Source of the DNA: Anthoceros angustus
Taxonomy: Eukaryota > Plantae > Anthocerotophyta
DNA length: 64,000 bases
Reading direction: 5' to 3'
Assembly: GCA_010909165.1 (NCBI GenBank)
Contig: MU008175.1
Location: 673,370 to 737,369 of the forward strand
Under the pieces are notes generated by a model. That model ran no database searches and had not been told where the DNA came from. It worked only from the letters and a program-made list of their open reading frames with translations. Both the position numbers and the translations under genes were made by a program. This document shows positions 23,609 to 37,565 of this stretch, in pieces; the stretch's first letter is position 1, and the number at the start of each line of letters is the position of its first letter.

Positions 23609-24052
23609 CAGTCTGCGGACTGGGCCGGCCTGCCGCCTGCTCGTCTAGAGACTCGAGCCGCCTACATTTGTTAAGGTCAACTCTAGAGAAAGACTGCCGC
23701 CTTCAAGTAGGTAATGAAACTATTCAATAGACCGATGACACACTTGCCACAAAAGGAAGGAAGACCTGTCATACGTGCACTGCAGCGGCTGAGTCTATGC
23801 CGCCCGATCTTGGAACTTTTTGTCATACAAACTCACTGATTACAAAAACTAGTTTTTCCCGCTAATTCCGATGCACAGTGACTTTTCTTTGATTCAATAC
23901 CCTGTCCAGATACATCCAGCTGCCCATCCACAATATCGGTACATAGCAGTGTCTGTACAACACTTGGGGCGCAGACGTCATGCACACAGGCAACTCCAGA
24001 TTTGTTGATAAATACACATTAGAAAAACGACCTCCTTACGGTCCTAGTAGCC

Positions 24053-25268
24053 CTACTCATGCTGACTTGGACGGATCACAACGCCATCAAAACAGAACCC
24101 CTTTTTCCAGTGACCGCCTTCTATCTCTGTCAACGAAAAAAACAGCTCCACAGGCTCCGAGTCCACAATGAAGTCTCCAGCTACATATTCCAGCCAGCCG
24201 TCTTCATCTTGGGTCACAGTGGCTAAGTTTGGCAAAGCCGATTGCTTGTCACTGAGTGTCACCTGTCCATCCAAATACCTTGCAGACTCTGCTGCCTGAC
24301 CATCAGCAGTGGATAGCCTGAATGTCACAGGCTTTAGTTCCCACGAGCCTGCAGGGTCCCTGAAGATAGGACGGGGAGCCCGATGGGACTCAACGCCACG
24401 CTGCTTTACCCTCCAGGACAGACTGTATCTTCCTGGTGTTAAACATCCAACAAGACGCCCTGTAAGCTCTAACCAACAAACATCCTCCAAATACGCTACC
24501 TCCTCGAATCTGCAGAAGGCAGCGGATTAGATTTTAGCAAGACCTTGAAGACCACAAATTCAAATGCAAACCTGGTGACAGAAGGACGAGCACCAGGCTG
24601 AGCACGACGAGCACCAAGTGGTACAACTTAGAACATGTGGCGAAAGCATGTCCATACCTAGAGCCTCCAGGGTTGTGGATCCACGACCAGTAACGAAGAT
24701 CATCACCCCATGTTATTGAAAGAGCCCTAGCTGACAGGGCTCGACATATTGCACCCGTCGGTCGATCCAGCCAAAACAACTGCTCAAAGAGCAAAGACCC
24801 ACATCATAACCCACAAGTCCGGGCAATCAGGGAGCCCAGAAACAGGGATCACACCACTGAACGAGCCAAGCAAGAAGCAATTCCAAACAAGGGCTAGGAA
24901 AATCCGTCAATCCAAGAACAATGGCAATGGCTCACCTCGTTCCCGCCGTTTAATTTAACAGGTTGGCAAAGCCGATCATACAAATCCTTCCTGGACGAAT
25001 ACCACCTGGGTCCTTCTCGAGGATCAGCATTTGCGAGCACATCCGCACAGCTGGGGTGCAGCAGCTTCTCCCACACAACATCGGAACGAGCAGCATCCCT
25101 AAACAGGGGGCTCACAAGAGACAGGCGGGCAACGTGCCTAACAGACTCCAAATGAGAAAGGATGACGGCAACGCAGCCCTCAGGCAGATCCTTTAACTCT
25201 GTTCCTCCTGCGTCTCCCGCTGCCGCTCCCGCTCCGGCTGTGCCTGTTTCCGGGGTGCTAGTCTCCAT
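24053..25268 (-). CDS. F-box PP2 (phloem protein 2-like) protein, three exons
   Basis: F-box LKDLPEGCVAVILSHL...ARSDVVWEKLL. PP2 domain FWLDRPTGAICRALSARALSITWGDDLRYWSW | FEEVAYLEDVCWLE...GHWKKGFCFDGVVIRP. Introns are GT-AG. Confidence 0.9.
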
Positions 25269-26269
25269 GTCGGGGGTCAGTGAGTGTGTCAAAATCCCTC
25301 CCAGCAGACAAGATCCGGTTCCGAATGACGTCCGATCAGTGCATCCTGGGTCCTGGCATCATACTAAGCTGAGAAGAGAAGCAAAGACGGAAAATCTGGT
25401 GGCGCGGCCTGCACGCCAACCCTAGCGTTCCAGGCGTCCGCAGGTGGTACAACAGTAAGCGCTCAAAGCATGAAGAGGGACAGCAGAGAACACCGGTGGA
25501 TCCGCCCTCGAGGACCTTCTCTGTCCGGGTCCACGTTGGCCGCCTCCGTGGTAACAGCAGGCCATCCCGCGTTGTTGCCACATGGCGGGAGCAGGGGGCA
25601 TTGAAGCACTGCATCTCCAGTCTGTACATGACACATACCATAACAGGGTCACGCAACGAGAGGGCAGTAACGATGAAAGCGGGCCGCTTTCAAATGTAGA
25701 GGAGGTTAGGTAAGGGGGATTTCTCATCCTGGGTGTCACGTCAGGAAAATGCTGCAATAACTCTGTTCATACGGTTTGGTTAGTTCCAGAAGACACCGTC
25801 CACAGCGTCCCTGCTGAACTATTTCTTCCGGTTCAAGTCCCGTGGAGCCCGAAATTGTTCAACTGTGGTTGAAGTGGTTGTGGGAGTAGGGGAGGAAAGG
25901 GATCTGATCTGCACAGCGTGTTAGGAGGAGCAACATGAAGAGTGGAAGGACAGAGGTGGATTGTAGGGTAGCGCGTCATCCTGCACCTTGTGACGGCCGA
26001 TGAAGAAGGTCATGGAAGAAGCGGAGGCTGCGGCGGGCGACGACGGCACCAACATGGGTTGGGGGAGAGCAGACACCTGAAAGCAGACACAGGGAAAGCA
26101 GCAAGACGAAGCAACACATGTATGCGTCTTGAACATGGTATTGGAGTAATGGGAGAAGGACGAAGCGTGGAGCAGCGAAGCAGTGTGCTTTATTACCGCA
26201 TAGACAAGACAATAGAGGGCCACTGCTTTTACTTACACAGTTCCTGTGCAATGTGCGTGGCCTGGACAT

Positions 26270-29200
26270 TCTCCTTGGCTTTGGCTTTGGCTTTGGCTTT
26301 GGCTTTGTATATGATTTCGTAGTGATGGTGGGCCAATAAGAGCCGAGGTGGTGCTTTGCTGTTTGTGCAGAGTCCAAGAGTCCAAGATCTGGTGAGTGCT
26401 CTGGTGCAGCATGTGGCGTTGATTGTACGTAGGCATCCCTTTGGAAAGGGAGTGGACTGGGCTGAAGAGAGGCTGGCAGTGGCAGGTAGCAGGCTGGAGC
26501 CGTGCGTTGTAATAGTCCACAAAGTCCATACATAGGCGGTGATACCCTTATCCTCTCCCCGACACATGAGATGAGGGGATGGATCGAAAGCTAAAGAGAA
26601 GGAAACGACGAAAGGCGCGGGAGGCGAGCGAGACGCACAATATGCAAACGTTGTGTGAAAAGGGGAGTTGCAGTTGGCGGAAGGGAGGAGTGGCTGCAGG
26701 GCAGGGCAGGGCAGGCCACGGATTCCGTTGGGTGGGAGATAATGCCATGGCATCCGACAAGCGCGAGGCGGTACAGTGCGGTGGGCTGTACGTCGGTTGT
26801 GGGGTCGGTTTCACGGTGGCACGGGAAGTTTAATGGAGTTGGTGGGGCTCGGCAAGGACTGAGAGCGAGGAAGCGTTGGCTGGGGATCTCATCGCGGATC
26901 CTCCTTCTTCCACGGGATCTTGCAGCAAGCGCTGGAGCGCTTACTCCATGGCATCAATGCTCCACTAGTGGCATCAAGGCTGGACTTGAACTCGTGATGA
27001 TCCACAGCCCCTGCGCATCGGCATCGGCATCCGCCTCCGGTTCCGCCTGCTCCTGCGCCTGCGCCTGCGCCTCCGCCCCCGCCTAGCAGACGGGACCTTC
27101 CAACTTCCCCGCGCGCGCAAGGCCGTGCAACGGAACGTAACGGGGCGCGACGGGGCGGGACGGGACTGGACGGGACCCCGGAGAGCGAAAGCGGAGCAGA
27201 GTCCGGGCCGTTCCGTGGCCTGCCAGGGGAAAGGGAAAGGGAAAGGGCTTTAAAGGGAAAGGGAAAGAGAAAAGGAAAAGGAAAAGGAAAAGGAAAAAGA
27301 GAAGGGAGGGAGGCAGGGAGGGAAGGGAGGAAGGAAGGAGGGAAGGAGGGAAGGAAGGAAGGAACGAAGGAAGAAAGGAAGGAGGGTTGACGAAGAAATA
27401 GATTTGGCAGGCAGCCCCGTTCCCGCTCCCTCTCCCTCGGCAGCGGCAGCGGCAGCGGCAGCGCGCAATGCTTTGTGAGGAGTAAAGCGTTGCATTCATT
27501 TCATTTTGATTCATCGATTCCCGTGGAATGTGCGCAAAAAGAAATGATAAGTGCGGCAGGCAGAGAATGTTGCGGGAGAGCCGGCCAATGAAGGTCGGCC
27601 TGGGCTTGGGGATTGGGGGGCCATGGGCCTGGGCCTGGGCCTGGGCCTGGGCCTGGGCTGGGCCTGGGACTGGGCCTGGGACTGGGACTGGGACTGATGA
27701 GACTGGGACTGGGACCGGGACCGTGTGCGATTGACTCTTCTCCCGCCTGCTGTCCGCTGTCCGGTGTCCGCTGTCCGCTGTCTGGTGTCCGCTGTCCTTG
27801 TCGCGTGGATTTGATTCATGTCCACATGGGACGCGGGCCGGGCTCCGGCATCCGCGCTCTTGTCGCCTTGCTCTTGATGCTCTCATTTGTTTTAAAATAG
27901 GTATATATATATTTTCCCTGTCCGCTGTTTCCCGCAATTACCGTACGGCAGCACATACGTTGGTGGTGGCAGCTTTTACCGCGCCCAGGACAAACATGGC
28001 AGTAATGAGAGGGATAGAAACATTTGCGGTGTAGCAGGGGTGTGAGTGTTTTTGGCAACCGCCGCATGGCCTTGCCTTCCCTTCCCATTCCCATCTTCCC
28101 ATCCCCCCATTTTTTTCCCACTTCCCGCTTCCCACTTCCGATATTCCCGATCCCGCATCCCGCATCCCGCGATTTGCCGCAGTTCCAGTTGGTCATTGAA
28201 TGCTCCGGGCTCCGGGCTGGCAGCGCCCGATTCATTGCGGAACGCGCTTGTTGCGATCCGCCGAACCGGATCCCGCTTACCGGCCATAATTGCACACCAA
28301 CACGTCCCGCCGCCCGGCCCACCCTCTTTACATCGCCACACCTACATACACGTATGTACACTGCAACAACATAGAGAGACACGGTGTCCGTGTTCCGTGT
28401 TCCCCGTCCGCTGTCCGCTGTCCGCTGTCCGAGTTCGGTTTTGGTTTTGGTTTTGGTTTTGGTTTTGGTTTTGGTTTTGGTTTTGGTTTTGGTTTTGGTT
28501 TTGGTTTTGGTTTTGGTTTTGGTTTTGGTTTTGGTCTTGGTCTTGGTTTTTCCAGACGTGCAATCCCCCGCCCCGGTAGACATGGCTTGGGCTTCCAAGT
28601 TTCGACCCTCACCTCCCCGAGCAGGCAAGCGGGGAGGCGATAGGGAGAGGCAGGAGTGAGGAGTGGGGTGTGGGCTCGTACACTCACTTCTCTTTCTTCG
28701 CATTTCACGTTGGGAGGCGCGTGGGGCCCGGGCGGGCACAAACGACATGGGTTGCGGGTGGAGCGGAAGTGCGGAAGTGCGGAAGTGCGGAAGCAGGTGA
28801 CCAGGGGTGGGCTGCCCTGCTCCTGCTCCTGCTCCGGATCCGGATCCGAGTCCTGCATCGGAGATTGGAGCATGGACATGAGTTGCTGTCCTGGTCGTCG
28901 GACAAAGTCTGGACTGCATTTGCGTAAAGGCGAGTACCTCGCCAAGGACACTGCACTCCATTTCCACAATCTCCATGTGCTCATCAATGGAAGGGGGGTG
29001 AGTACTGAGTACTAGTGCGTAGGTATGCAATGCTCCATGCTATGCACTCTCTCTCGTACACACGATGTACATACACATATGTACCTCGACTAGATGTGCA
29101 ACACCAGCTTCCTTCAGCTCGGCGTACAGTCCCCAATATAAAAAAAAACACCAGTCCGCGTAATTGCTCATGTAGCTACGCATGCTCCGCCTACCGGATA

Positions 29201-32200
29201 ACATTATTATGTGCGTCGCAGTTGACCGCGAGCTTGCTTGGAAGTTGGAAGCGCTCTTGAAGCGGGCAGGTGATGACAGGAGTCCTATCAGTGACTTCGT
29301 TCCTCGTTCCTCATGGAGAGGGGGAGAGAGAGAGAGTGCGGGCAGCGGGCAGCGGGCAGCGGACAGCGGACAGCGGACAGCGGGCTGCGCGCTCCGCACC
29401 GCGGCAGACTTGTTCAAGTACAATCATTGCACACTCATTTAATGGCGCGACCTGGGCTGGGCTGGGCTGGCCTGGCCTGGCCTGCCGCACCAGGGCCCCA
29501 GCGAGTCCCGTTGCCAAAAAACGCAAGGACGGTGGCAGGCGCGATGCGAGGCGAGGCGAGGCGAGGCGAGGCGAGGCGAGGCGACGAGATACTCCGGGCC
29601 ACCGGACCACTGGTGTGAAACTGGACTGGAGTTTGGAGTTACGTCCTCTAAGTGTGACGTATGTAGGTACTTTTGTATCCCAGGCTCCCAGGCTCCCAGG
29701 CTCCCAGGCTCCCAGGCTCCAAGGCCTGGCCTGCTTTTCGCTTGGTTGTCGCGTCCACACCTAACCTGCAACTTGGAGCGTACATATCGCTTTTCGCACG
29801 CGGCTCCTGGCTCCGGCTCCTGCTCCCGCTCTGCCCAAGTACGCGTGGATTATTGCGTCACAGGGAACGAGCGACTTTGGCGCGTACCGTCACAGACCAC
29901 ACACTCCAACGTTTGTTGCTACTTGCATGTGCTGCAAGTATGCTGCAACAACGCACTACCTAGTAGCTACTCAAGTCTGCATCGTTTCTGCTCGGCCCGG
30001 GCTGCTGCCCTAGTCTTACAACATCTCTTGTGAGCAGGATGAATGACTTAGATTTGCTACGAAATTGCTCTTGAGTCATATAAACTATCACATGTCACAT
30101 ATTTAAGACCTCGCCACCTAACTCTTGCGATTTCTGCAATCAAACAAACTTCAGAGCTGTAATAGCATATCTCCTTCCATGCGTAATGTCTGCCATTATC
30201 TTTTCCCTCTTAGTTTTCCATCTCGGGCTAGCAGAGTAGGAGAGATGGTGAGCATTGTATTAATCAGCCACCCTGGCTACCTATCCTCACTCTTGTTTTG
30301 GACCCCCTTCACGAAATCGACACAATCCTTAAAAGAGAGTTTTAGCCCATTCATCAAAATGATATCACCCTTGTTGTTACGTCCACAAACAAAAAGTCTG
30401 CATTTTTTTGCATTGACATGGTAGAGAGCATGATGTGATGTGTTCATGGACACCATTCAATAAATTCAAATCAAAACTAAACATGGTTCTACTTTAAAAA
30501 GAAACAAAACTGAAGGTTGTGTGTGAACGCCAACATGGCGGCATCCATATCGATTAGGACAAAAAAAGTAAACTTTAAAACAAGCACATGCAAGCAGCTA
30601 CGCCACAATGGTCCATTATGGGGACCACAACCGAACTTTGAACCAACATTGAATGTATGACCACTTCTAAGTTCTACATGCGCTCCACTTCTGGGTTATC
30701 AAAATCGTCGTTCTTGCCTATGGACTTGGCATCTTCATCCTTCTCAACTCCTGCCTCATCAAGAGCTTGCGTAAGCACCCCGCAGCTGTGGTCGTAGCCT
30801 ATGCATCATTCCTTTCTAATTTCGATTTACAAGGGCGTTCAAGTCTGCTCGGGTTATGGCTTTCACGGATTTGAATCATTGCCTTCATCAAACAAGTAAC
30901 CTATTCCCTGTATGTTTAGAATTGTATGACATCTTTCACATGTTAAATCACAATATACAGCCTTGGTCGATCACAAGGATGGTGTCCAGGACTGAAACAC
31001 ACAAAACCCACAGGATGAATATTAACCTCCTTCCAGAATTACCCTTAGGTTGTCACCATTACTCAGTCTAAATTGAATGATTGCTCCCCACCCTTCTGCC
31101 ACCTGATCGCAGGCCCTCCGCCACCTCCTCACATGCCTTTAATTCTTGCATACATGGTTTGTTCTATTGTTGCTCTCGTCTTGAGCTATGTTGTAAAATC
31201 TCTCTATAAAGTTATGCACAAATTCTTTGCTTAAAAAAATAGAAATCAAGGCATATGGAGAAATTCTTGTTAGTGTGTTTGCGCTATTGCTGCTCTATCT
31301 TCAGCTCTGTTGCGAAATCTTTCTATAGAGCTGTGTACAGATTCTTCGCTTAAAAAAAATTGAAATAAAGGTATAGTGAGAAATTCTTGCTAGTACAAAG
31401 GTGATTAATAGTACTACCTGTTTAGCTTTATGTTTGTTTCACGGTTCTCCTTTTTTTTTTTTGGGGCTAGTGCAAAGGTAATTAATAGTAGTCCTCCCTT
31501 GGCCTGGTGCCCTCTAGTGGGTTGTTCGCCACCGCCTCGGTGTAGATGGGACTTCCCACCTCTGCATTTTCCAAACCGCATCTCTAAATATGAATGAGGC
31601 TGTGCTATGTACATTACGGGAGCATAAGCGTGAGGAAATATCAAATCCTTGAGACGTCTCCCTACTCATAATGTGTGCCGCTACCTGCTGCTTGGTACCT
31701 GCAGGAGAATGGACTGTCACGGCAGCTCGAGTCGGTGTACATAGTATGTTGTGTGGCGTTACTGTGTGGTAGGGCAGCGTAGGAGAGCAGTAGAGTTGTA
31801 TGGACGTGATATCTGGATCCAGAGGTGCATCGGGATGTGGGAATGGAGCAGCTCGCAGGGCAGAGTAGAGGATCCGGCGGACGGCAGGGGATAGCCACGC
31901 CGGCAACGAATCACGATGCGCCGGGTTGGAAACCTGGCTCCGGGCGGCCACTGGCAGCAGCAGTAGCAGTAGGCAGTGCCAGCGCCTCCGCCTCCGCCAG
32001 CGCCTCCGCCTACGCCTCCGGCTGGGGCTGGGGCTGGGGCTGCGGCTGGGCCTCGGCCTTCTGCTCCGCCGCGAGAGCGGGGAGCAAACACGCCATGACA
32101 AAACAAGAAAGAGAGAGCCTCGCCACAGCCTACGCTACCGCACGCCATAGGTATTGCTCAGCGCAGACCAGAGAGAGATCGAGGAAGCGGGTTGTTGGGA

Positions 32201-33660
32201 ACTTGGACTTGTTGCGCCCATGGGCCATGCTTGTCCAAAACGCGGTGGGAAGTCATGTGTGGACCGGCTGGCCTCCGCGCTGCTCGAGGTCAAAGTCCCG
32301 ACAGCAGCGTGAGGTGCAGGCCAGGCCCGGGTCCGGGTCCGGGTCCGGGTCCGGGTAGATAATAACATACACGCATATGCTGAATCCATGAGCAGAGGAG
32401 AGGAGAGGAGGAATGGCGAGGGAATCTGGGGGAGGGGGGCGGAATGAGCGATAGAAAAGCGCAAAAAGGCGTGAAGGCTAGCTGCCTGGGCGCCTGGGCC
32501 CCTGGGCCAGCACCTGCACCTGCACCTGCACCTGCAGCACCTGCAGGCGTGTGGCGGGAGTGCAAAGCGCGCTGCGGTGGGCTGCTGGGCTGCTGGCCTC
32601 CTGGCCTCCTGGGCTGCGAATTCCGAGAGAGGATTTTGGTGCACTCTCGCTGCTGCTGCTGCTGCTTGTGGACGAGGACGCCAGCCGCTTCAAGCTTGAA
32701 AGCTTCGCGGCTTCGCGGCTTCGCGGGAGCAGGGGGAGCAGAGCTCGGCTTTGTCGGACTTCCCCAGCCCAGGCCCCACCGTTGACTCCGCCCCGCATTT
32801 CAAACCCATCCGATATCCGATTCCGCACCACCCTGGCTGGCCCTGGGGGCTGCCAGTGCCAGTCATGACGACTCGGGGCCCCAGGGCAACCGGCAACCGC
32901 CTACCGCCTAACGGCTACCGGCCCGCCCGGTGCTCTGCCCGCAGCATGTGATGAATCATGACAAGAGCGTCAGCGATTGCCGTATCGGCATCATGACATG
33001 ACATGCGGGAAGGGGGCCAGCAGCAGCACCCCCAGCTCGCAGCCAGCAACAAGCAACAAGCAGCAAGCAGCAATCCCTCTCTCTCTCTCTATCTCTGCCT
33101 TGGGGCCGGCGGCACTCATGACAAGGGGTGTGCCACTCACTTGTTTGGCCTTTGCGTGGATTTTAGAGTCTGAAACCCTAAAGCCAGCCACCGCATACGA
33201 CAAGCGCAGCTGCCGTCACTCCCCCACATGCGGCTTGGCCTTCGCCTTCGGCTTTGGGCTCGGGCTCGTCGGGCTCGCCCTCGGCCTTCGACCTGGCCCC
33301 AGGCTCCACCCTCTTGTCATTAATCCCTTCTTTTTAATCAGCCAACGAGAAAAAAGAAACACGCACCAAGAAAGAAGAACTCCTCTCGACTATCGGGTCT
33401 GGACAGGCAGACAGGCAGACAGACAAAGAAAGACTCTTCTCTTCGCACTCTCCTCCTGGGGAGCAAAGAGATGAGAGTCCTGACGCCTGACTGAGGAGTG
33501 AGGAGGCGAGGCAGTCCATCGCCCTTTTCTCACCTCCTCTCGCATCATCCACCGCCGCGGCGCCCTCTTCCTCCGCCTCCGCCGGCCTGGTATGCGCGCA
33601 CCCAACTGCAGCGGCAGCGGGACCCGGACCCGGACCCGGACCCGGAGCTCGGGCATCAGG
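26270..33660. repeat. Microsatellite-dense intergenic/upstream region
   Basis: (TTGGCT)n at 26275, (GGAAA/GGAA)n at 27228-27385, (TGGGCC/TGGGAC)n at 27624-27715, (CTGTCCG)n at 27750, 28405 and inverted at 29360, (GGTTTT)n of about 16 units at 28437-28535, (GAGGC)n at 29548, (CCAGGCTC[C])n at 29680, (GCACCT)n at 32510, (GGGTCC)n at 32328. Confidence 0.9.
31164..31396. repeat. ~120-bp two-copy tandem duplication in an AT-rich island
   Basis: ctattg(t/c)tgctct...cttaaaaaaa...gagaaattcttg(t/c)tagt, twice. Confidence 0.75.
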
Positions 33661-33992
33661 TGGATGGATCGCGCCCACTTCCGCTGCCCCTCGACGACAT
33701 CGCCCGCCGCCGCCTCCAATGTGAGTGTCACACTTCAGTGCGCGTTGCTTCAAGAAATCATGTTGGGTGGTTGCTGACGCTGCCTCCCTTCTCTGCAGCC
33801 GCTGCCAACAGCTTCGGCCGGATGTGGGGAATGCCTCAAGATGAGCCAGGCCCCTGCCCTTGCCCCGCCCCGCCTCATCCACAGGTGCCGCTCCTTCGAT
33901 TGCAGACCTTCCGCTGCTGCTGCTGCTGCTTCTCCTGCTGATCATGACCCTTCTCCCTCCCTGCCTGCCGCCGCTCCCTGACGTGCGCCGTC

Positions 33993-36900
33993 ATGATCGC
34001 AATGCCAGGCATGTTGAAGGGAGAAAGCCAGTCTCCATCGCACTCCCGCTCCCACTCCCCGTCCCTCTCGCTCTTCCCGCACGGCCCTGATCACCCCCAC
34101 CCCAATTTCTTCGCGCACCTGGCCGCCGCCTCGCAGGCCAACTCCTCGGCGGTGCCTCCTCTCCCGCACGGCCTGCTCGCGCATCTCTCTGCCTCATCCG
34201 CTTCCAAGTCGCTGCAGCCGGCTCCCCGATGGCACACGGATCCGCCTGCCTGCTCCTGGTCGGATCAGCCGCTTCCCCTGGCCCAGCCTGCTTCGTCCGG
34301 GGACCATCCGGCTCCTCCTCCCGCTCACCGGCATCCACACCCGCTGCCCTGGATCAAGGCCTCCGCCTCTCCGTCCCCCGTTCCCTCTTCTTCCCCCTTC
34401 CACCCTCCTTCCGCCCACAAGCCCAGCCACGGAGCCTCGCTTCCCCTGCCGCTCCCGCTGCCTCTGCCGATGCCGGCGTCCCTGCCTTTGCCGCTGCCTT
34501 TGCCTGTGCCTGTGCCCACTCTCTCTGGTCAAATTCTGGACTCCGCGCACCCGTCCTCCAACCCGCTCTTCGCCCCCTTCTTCTCCTCCTTCTCGCCTCC
34601 CCCGCTCTCCGACCTGCAGCATCTGGGTCAGGGTCACTTCAGCACCCGCCTCTCCAATGCTGGCGTCAAGCCGCCTCAGCCTCCGCCTCCGCCTTCTCCT
34701 GATCTCTCCAACCTGCTTCACGCCGCTCCTCAGCCAACTCCCTCCAGTATGGACCCTCTCTTCAATCCGCACTCCAACCGCTTCTCCAACATGCAGTCCC
34801 AGCTGCAGCTGCGTAGCCCTGCCTTTCCTGACGCTCCAACTCCCCGGTCCAGCCCTCTCCCGCAGCATTACGCACCCGATCCTCCCCCCATTGCTCTCAC
34901 CAACAACCATGCCCAGGCCCTGGCCGCCGCCAATCTGCCCAATTTCGCTCCTCCTTTTGCCTTCTCCCACTCCAGGCAGCAACCCCCTTCCGCTCACCAC
35001 CACAACCAGCCGCAGCCGCAGCCGCAGCCTCAGCCTCAGCCTGCCTTTTCTTCCTCGGATGAGGCCCGCCCCCTGGACCCTTCCTTTGCATCCTGGGCCC
35101 AGCAGCTGCAGTCGGAGGACAGAGGATTGTTCTTAATCAAGCTGCTCTTGGCCTGTGCGCAAGCGGCATCGGCCACCAACTTGAACCTCACCAACCAGAT
35201 GCTGGAGCAGCTCTCCCTCTTGTCCAACCTCACCGGAGATCCCATGCAGAGGGTGGCCACCTACTTCATGAAGGGCCTTGCTGCCAGAGTCACCAAGGCT
35301 GTGTGCCCGGGCATCTACAAGGCCCTTAACTCCACCCAGATGCCCTCCCTACCCGATCTCCTTGCTGCCAGACAGGTCTTCTTCGGGGTCTGTCCGTATT
35401 TGAAGTTTGCATTTCTGGCTGTCAATCAAGCCATCATGGATGTGATGCAAGGACACAAGATGGTGCATGTGGTGGATCTGGAGGCCATCGATGCGGTTCA
35501 GTGGGTCGCGCTCCTGCAGGTCACCATGCCTTCCTCCCCATCTCACCTGTGACTGCCATTAGCACTTCCTTCCCTTATTCTTCTCTCACACCTGCTTCTG
35601 CTTCCTTGTTTGTGTGCAGGCATTGGCTGCCCGACCAGGGGGACCACCTCACCTTCGCATCACCGGAGTGGGCGAGCGCAAGGAGCTGCTGGAAAAGCTT
35701 GGGCAACAGCTGTCTGAGGAGGCGGACAGGTTGGGTGTGCCTTTCCAGTTCCATGCTATCGTGGTCAGGCTCCAGGACCTGAAGCCGGAGATGCTCAGGG
35801 TAAAGCATGGGGAAGCGCTTGCTGTCAGCTGCGTCATGAAGCTCCACCTGCTGCTGGCCGTGGAGGAGGAGGGCAATCCCGATCCGCACTGCTCCAGTGC
35901 AGACAAACAGGTTGTGTCCCAAACGAGTGAAGGGGGCCCGCCCTTCCCTTTCCCCTTCCTCAAGGCAGCAGTGAAGGAAGAGGGCGGGTTGAGTGTGTCC
36001 ACACCTTCCCCCATGCATGGCAGGCATGGCCCTCCTCCTCCCCCTGCCCCTGCCCCTGCTCCTGCTCCTGCTCCTGTAGATGTCGGCTTGAACCTGTCCG
36101 GAACATCTCACAGCACAAGCAATGGGGCCACTTTCAGGCCGCCCAGTGCAGAGAGGAACGGTTTCACCGCTTGGGCTGCCAACACGGAAAATGGCAGGTC
36201 CAGTGCTGACAGTGAGGTCAAGAAGGAGCGTGACCTCTTCTCTCTGAATGGCAGTCGAGCTACTGGCGAACTGGGAAATGATTCCGAGAATACCGGCAAA
36301 GGAATCGGCTTCTCCTTGTGGACATCTGCCAAAGACAAGGAGTCGTTCCCCAGGCCGAGTTCAGGCCCTCGAGATGAGGACTCCAGGCACAAAGATGGCT
36401 CCCCACGTGGAAGGAAAGGGGAGAGAAACGAAGGTGAACAGATTGGAGAGGCAGACAGGAGCAGGACGGGAACAGGAGATACCAGCGGGACGGATGCTAG
36501 CACCGTGACCGACGATGGAAGTCCTCCTTCTGACAGGCTTTCGGGAGAGGAGAAGAGGGATCTGGTGCAAAGACTCTACAACGCCAAGCATGCCCTCATG
36601 GAAAGAGTCCAGGGCGGGATAGATGTCAACAGGAGGTCGGAAGAGACTGATGGCGACATGGACAAGAGCAACCAGTCTCACAGCAGCTGGGCGGCGGGTG
36701 GGGAAATGATCGATGTAAATAGGGCCTCTGAAGAAGAGTCGGAGGAGTGTGGAAGGGGTGGCATCGACATCAACAGGTGTTTTGACAAGGAGCACACAGC
36801 ACCCATGGATATGAACACCGTGGGAGAGATGCTGGGTGCAAGAAGTGTACAGAACGTGAGCGGGAGGGACTGCAGCAGCATTGAAACCCGCCCCCGCTTT

Positions 36901-37530
36901 CAGCTTGAGCTGGAGAGGGGGATGAAGAGGAGCAGGGAACAAGTTGAAGATGCATGGAGACGGGAAGGTGACGGCAGCAAGGCCGGAGCTTCCTTCTTCG
37001 GGTGCATAGGAAATGCTGATAAGGGCAACGATTCCCGTTCCGCGGCTCTCAGTTTTCACCAAGAGAGGCAGCTCATGGCAGAGAGGGGATACCCATCTGT
37101 CGTGGAAGTGGGGCATTCGGCGGGGGAAATGCCATTTTCCGCCTTGCACCAGCACCAGCACCAGCACCAGCAACAACAACAACAACAGTACCAGCAGCAG
37201 GAGACCTCAAGGAACGATGGAGACCCCAAGGGTGGGCAGCCTCACAAAGGTTTGATGAGGGCTTTGACTGGTAACATGGCTTCGTCCACATCCAGTAAGT
37301 GCTCTAGGAGCTCCGTGGAAGGGGACAACCATCACCGGTTGTTCGAACATCACCGCATGACCAAGTCGGTGCCATCGCAGGATCCTTTTGCCCGTAAACT
37401 GGGTTTGAAGGTGAAGGAAGAGTACTCCACGGCGAGTGAAGAGTACTCTTTTAGACATAGGTCTGGTGTGACGGTGAAAGAGGAGTATCCGAATCCTTCG
37501 GTACACGGGCACGGATACAGCCATGCACAT

Positions 37531-37565
<35 letters not shown>

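Noticed and set aside
26950-26975. miR397-like or miR172*-like partial match
   Set aside because: Too many mismatches and no fold-back precursor.
28437-28535. (GGTTTT)n as an interstitial telomere, or KTKTKT/PKPKPK ORFs as proteins
   Set aside because: It is not the plant TTTAGGG repeat and is one of many local hexamer SSRs. The ORFs are by-products of stop-free repeats.
30100-31140. Stop-riddled coding-like text in an AT-richer island
   Set aside because: Probably a TE relic, but no diagnostic motif supports a call.
32508-32548. miR530/miR1030-like sequence
   Set aside because: It is a (GCACCT)n microsatellite with no precursor hairpin.
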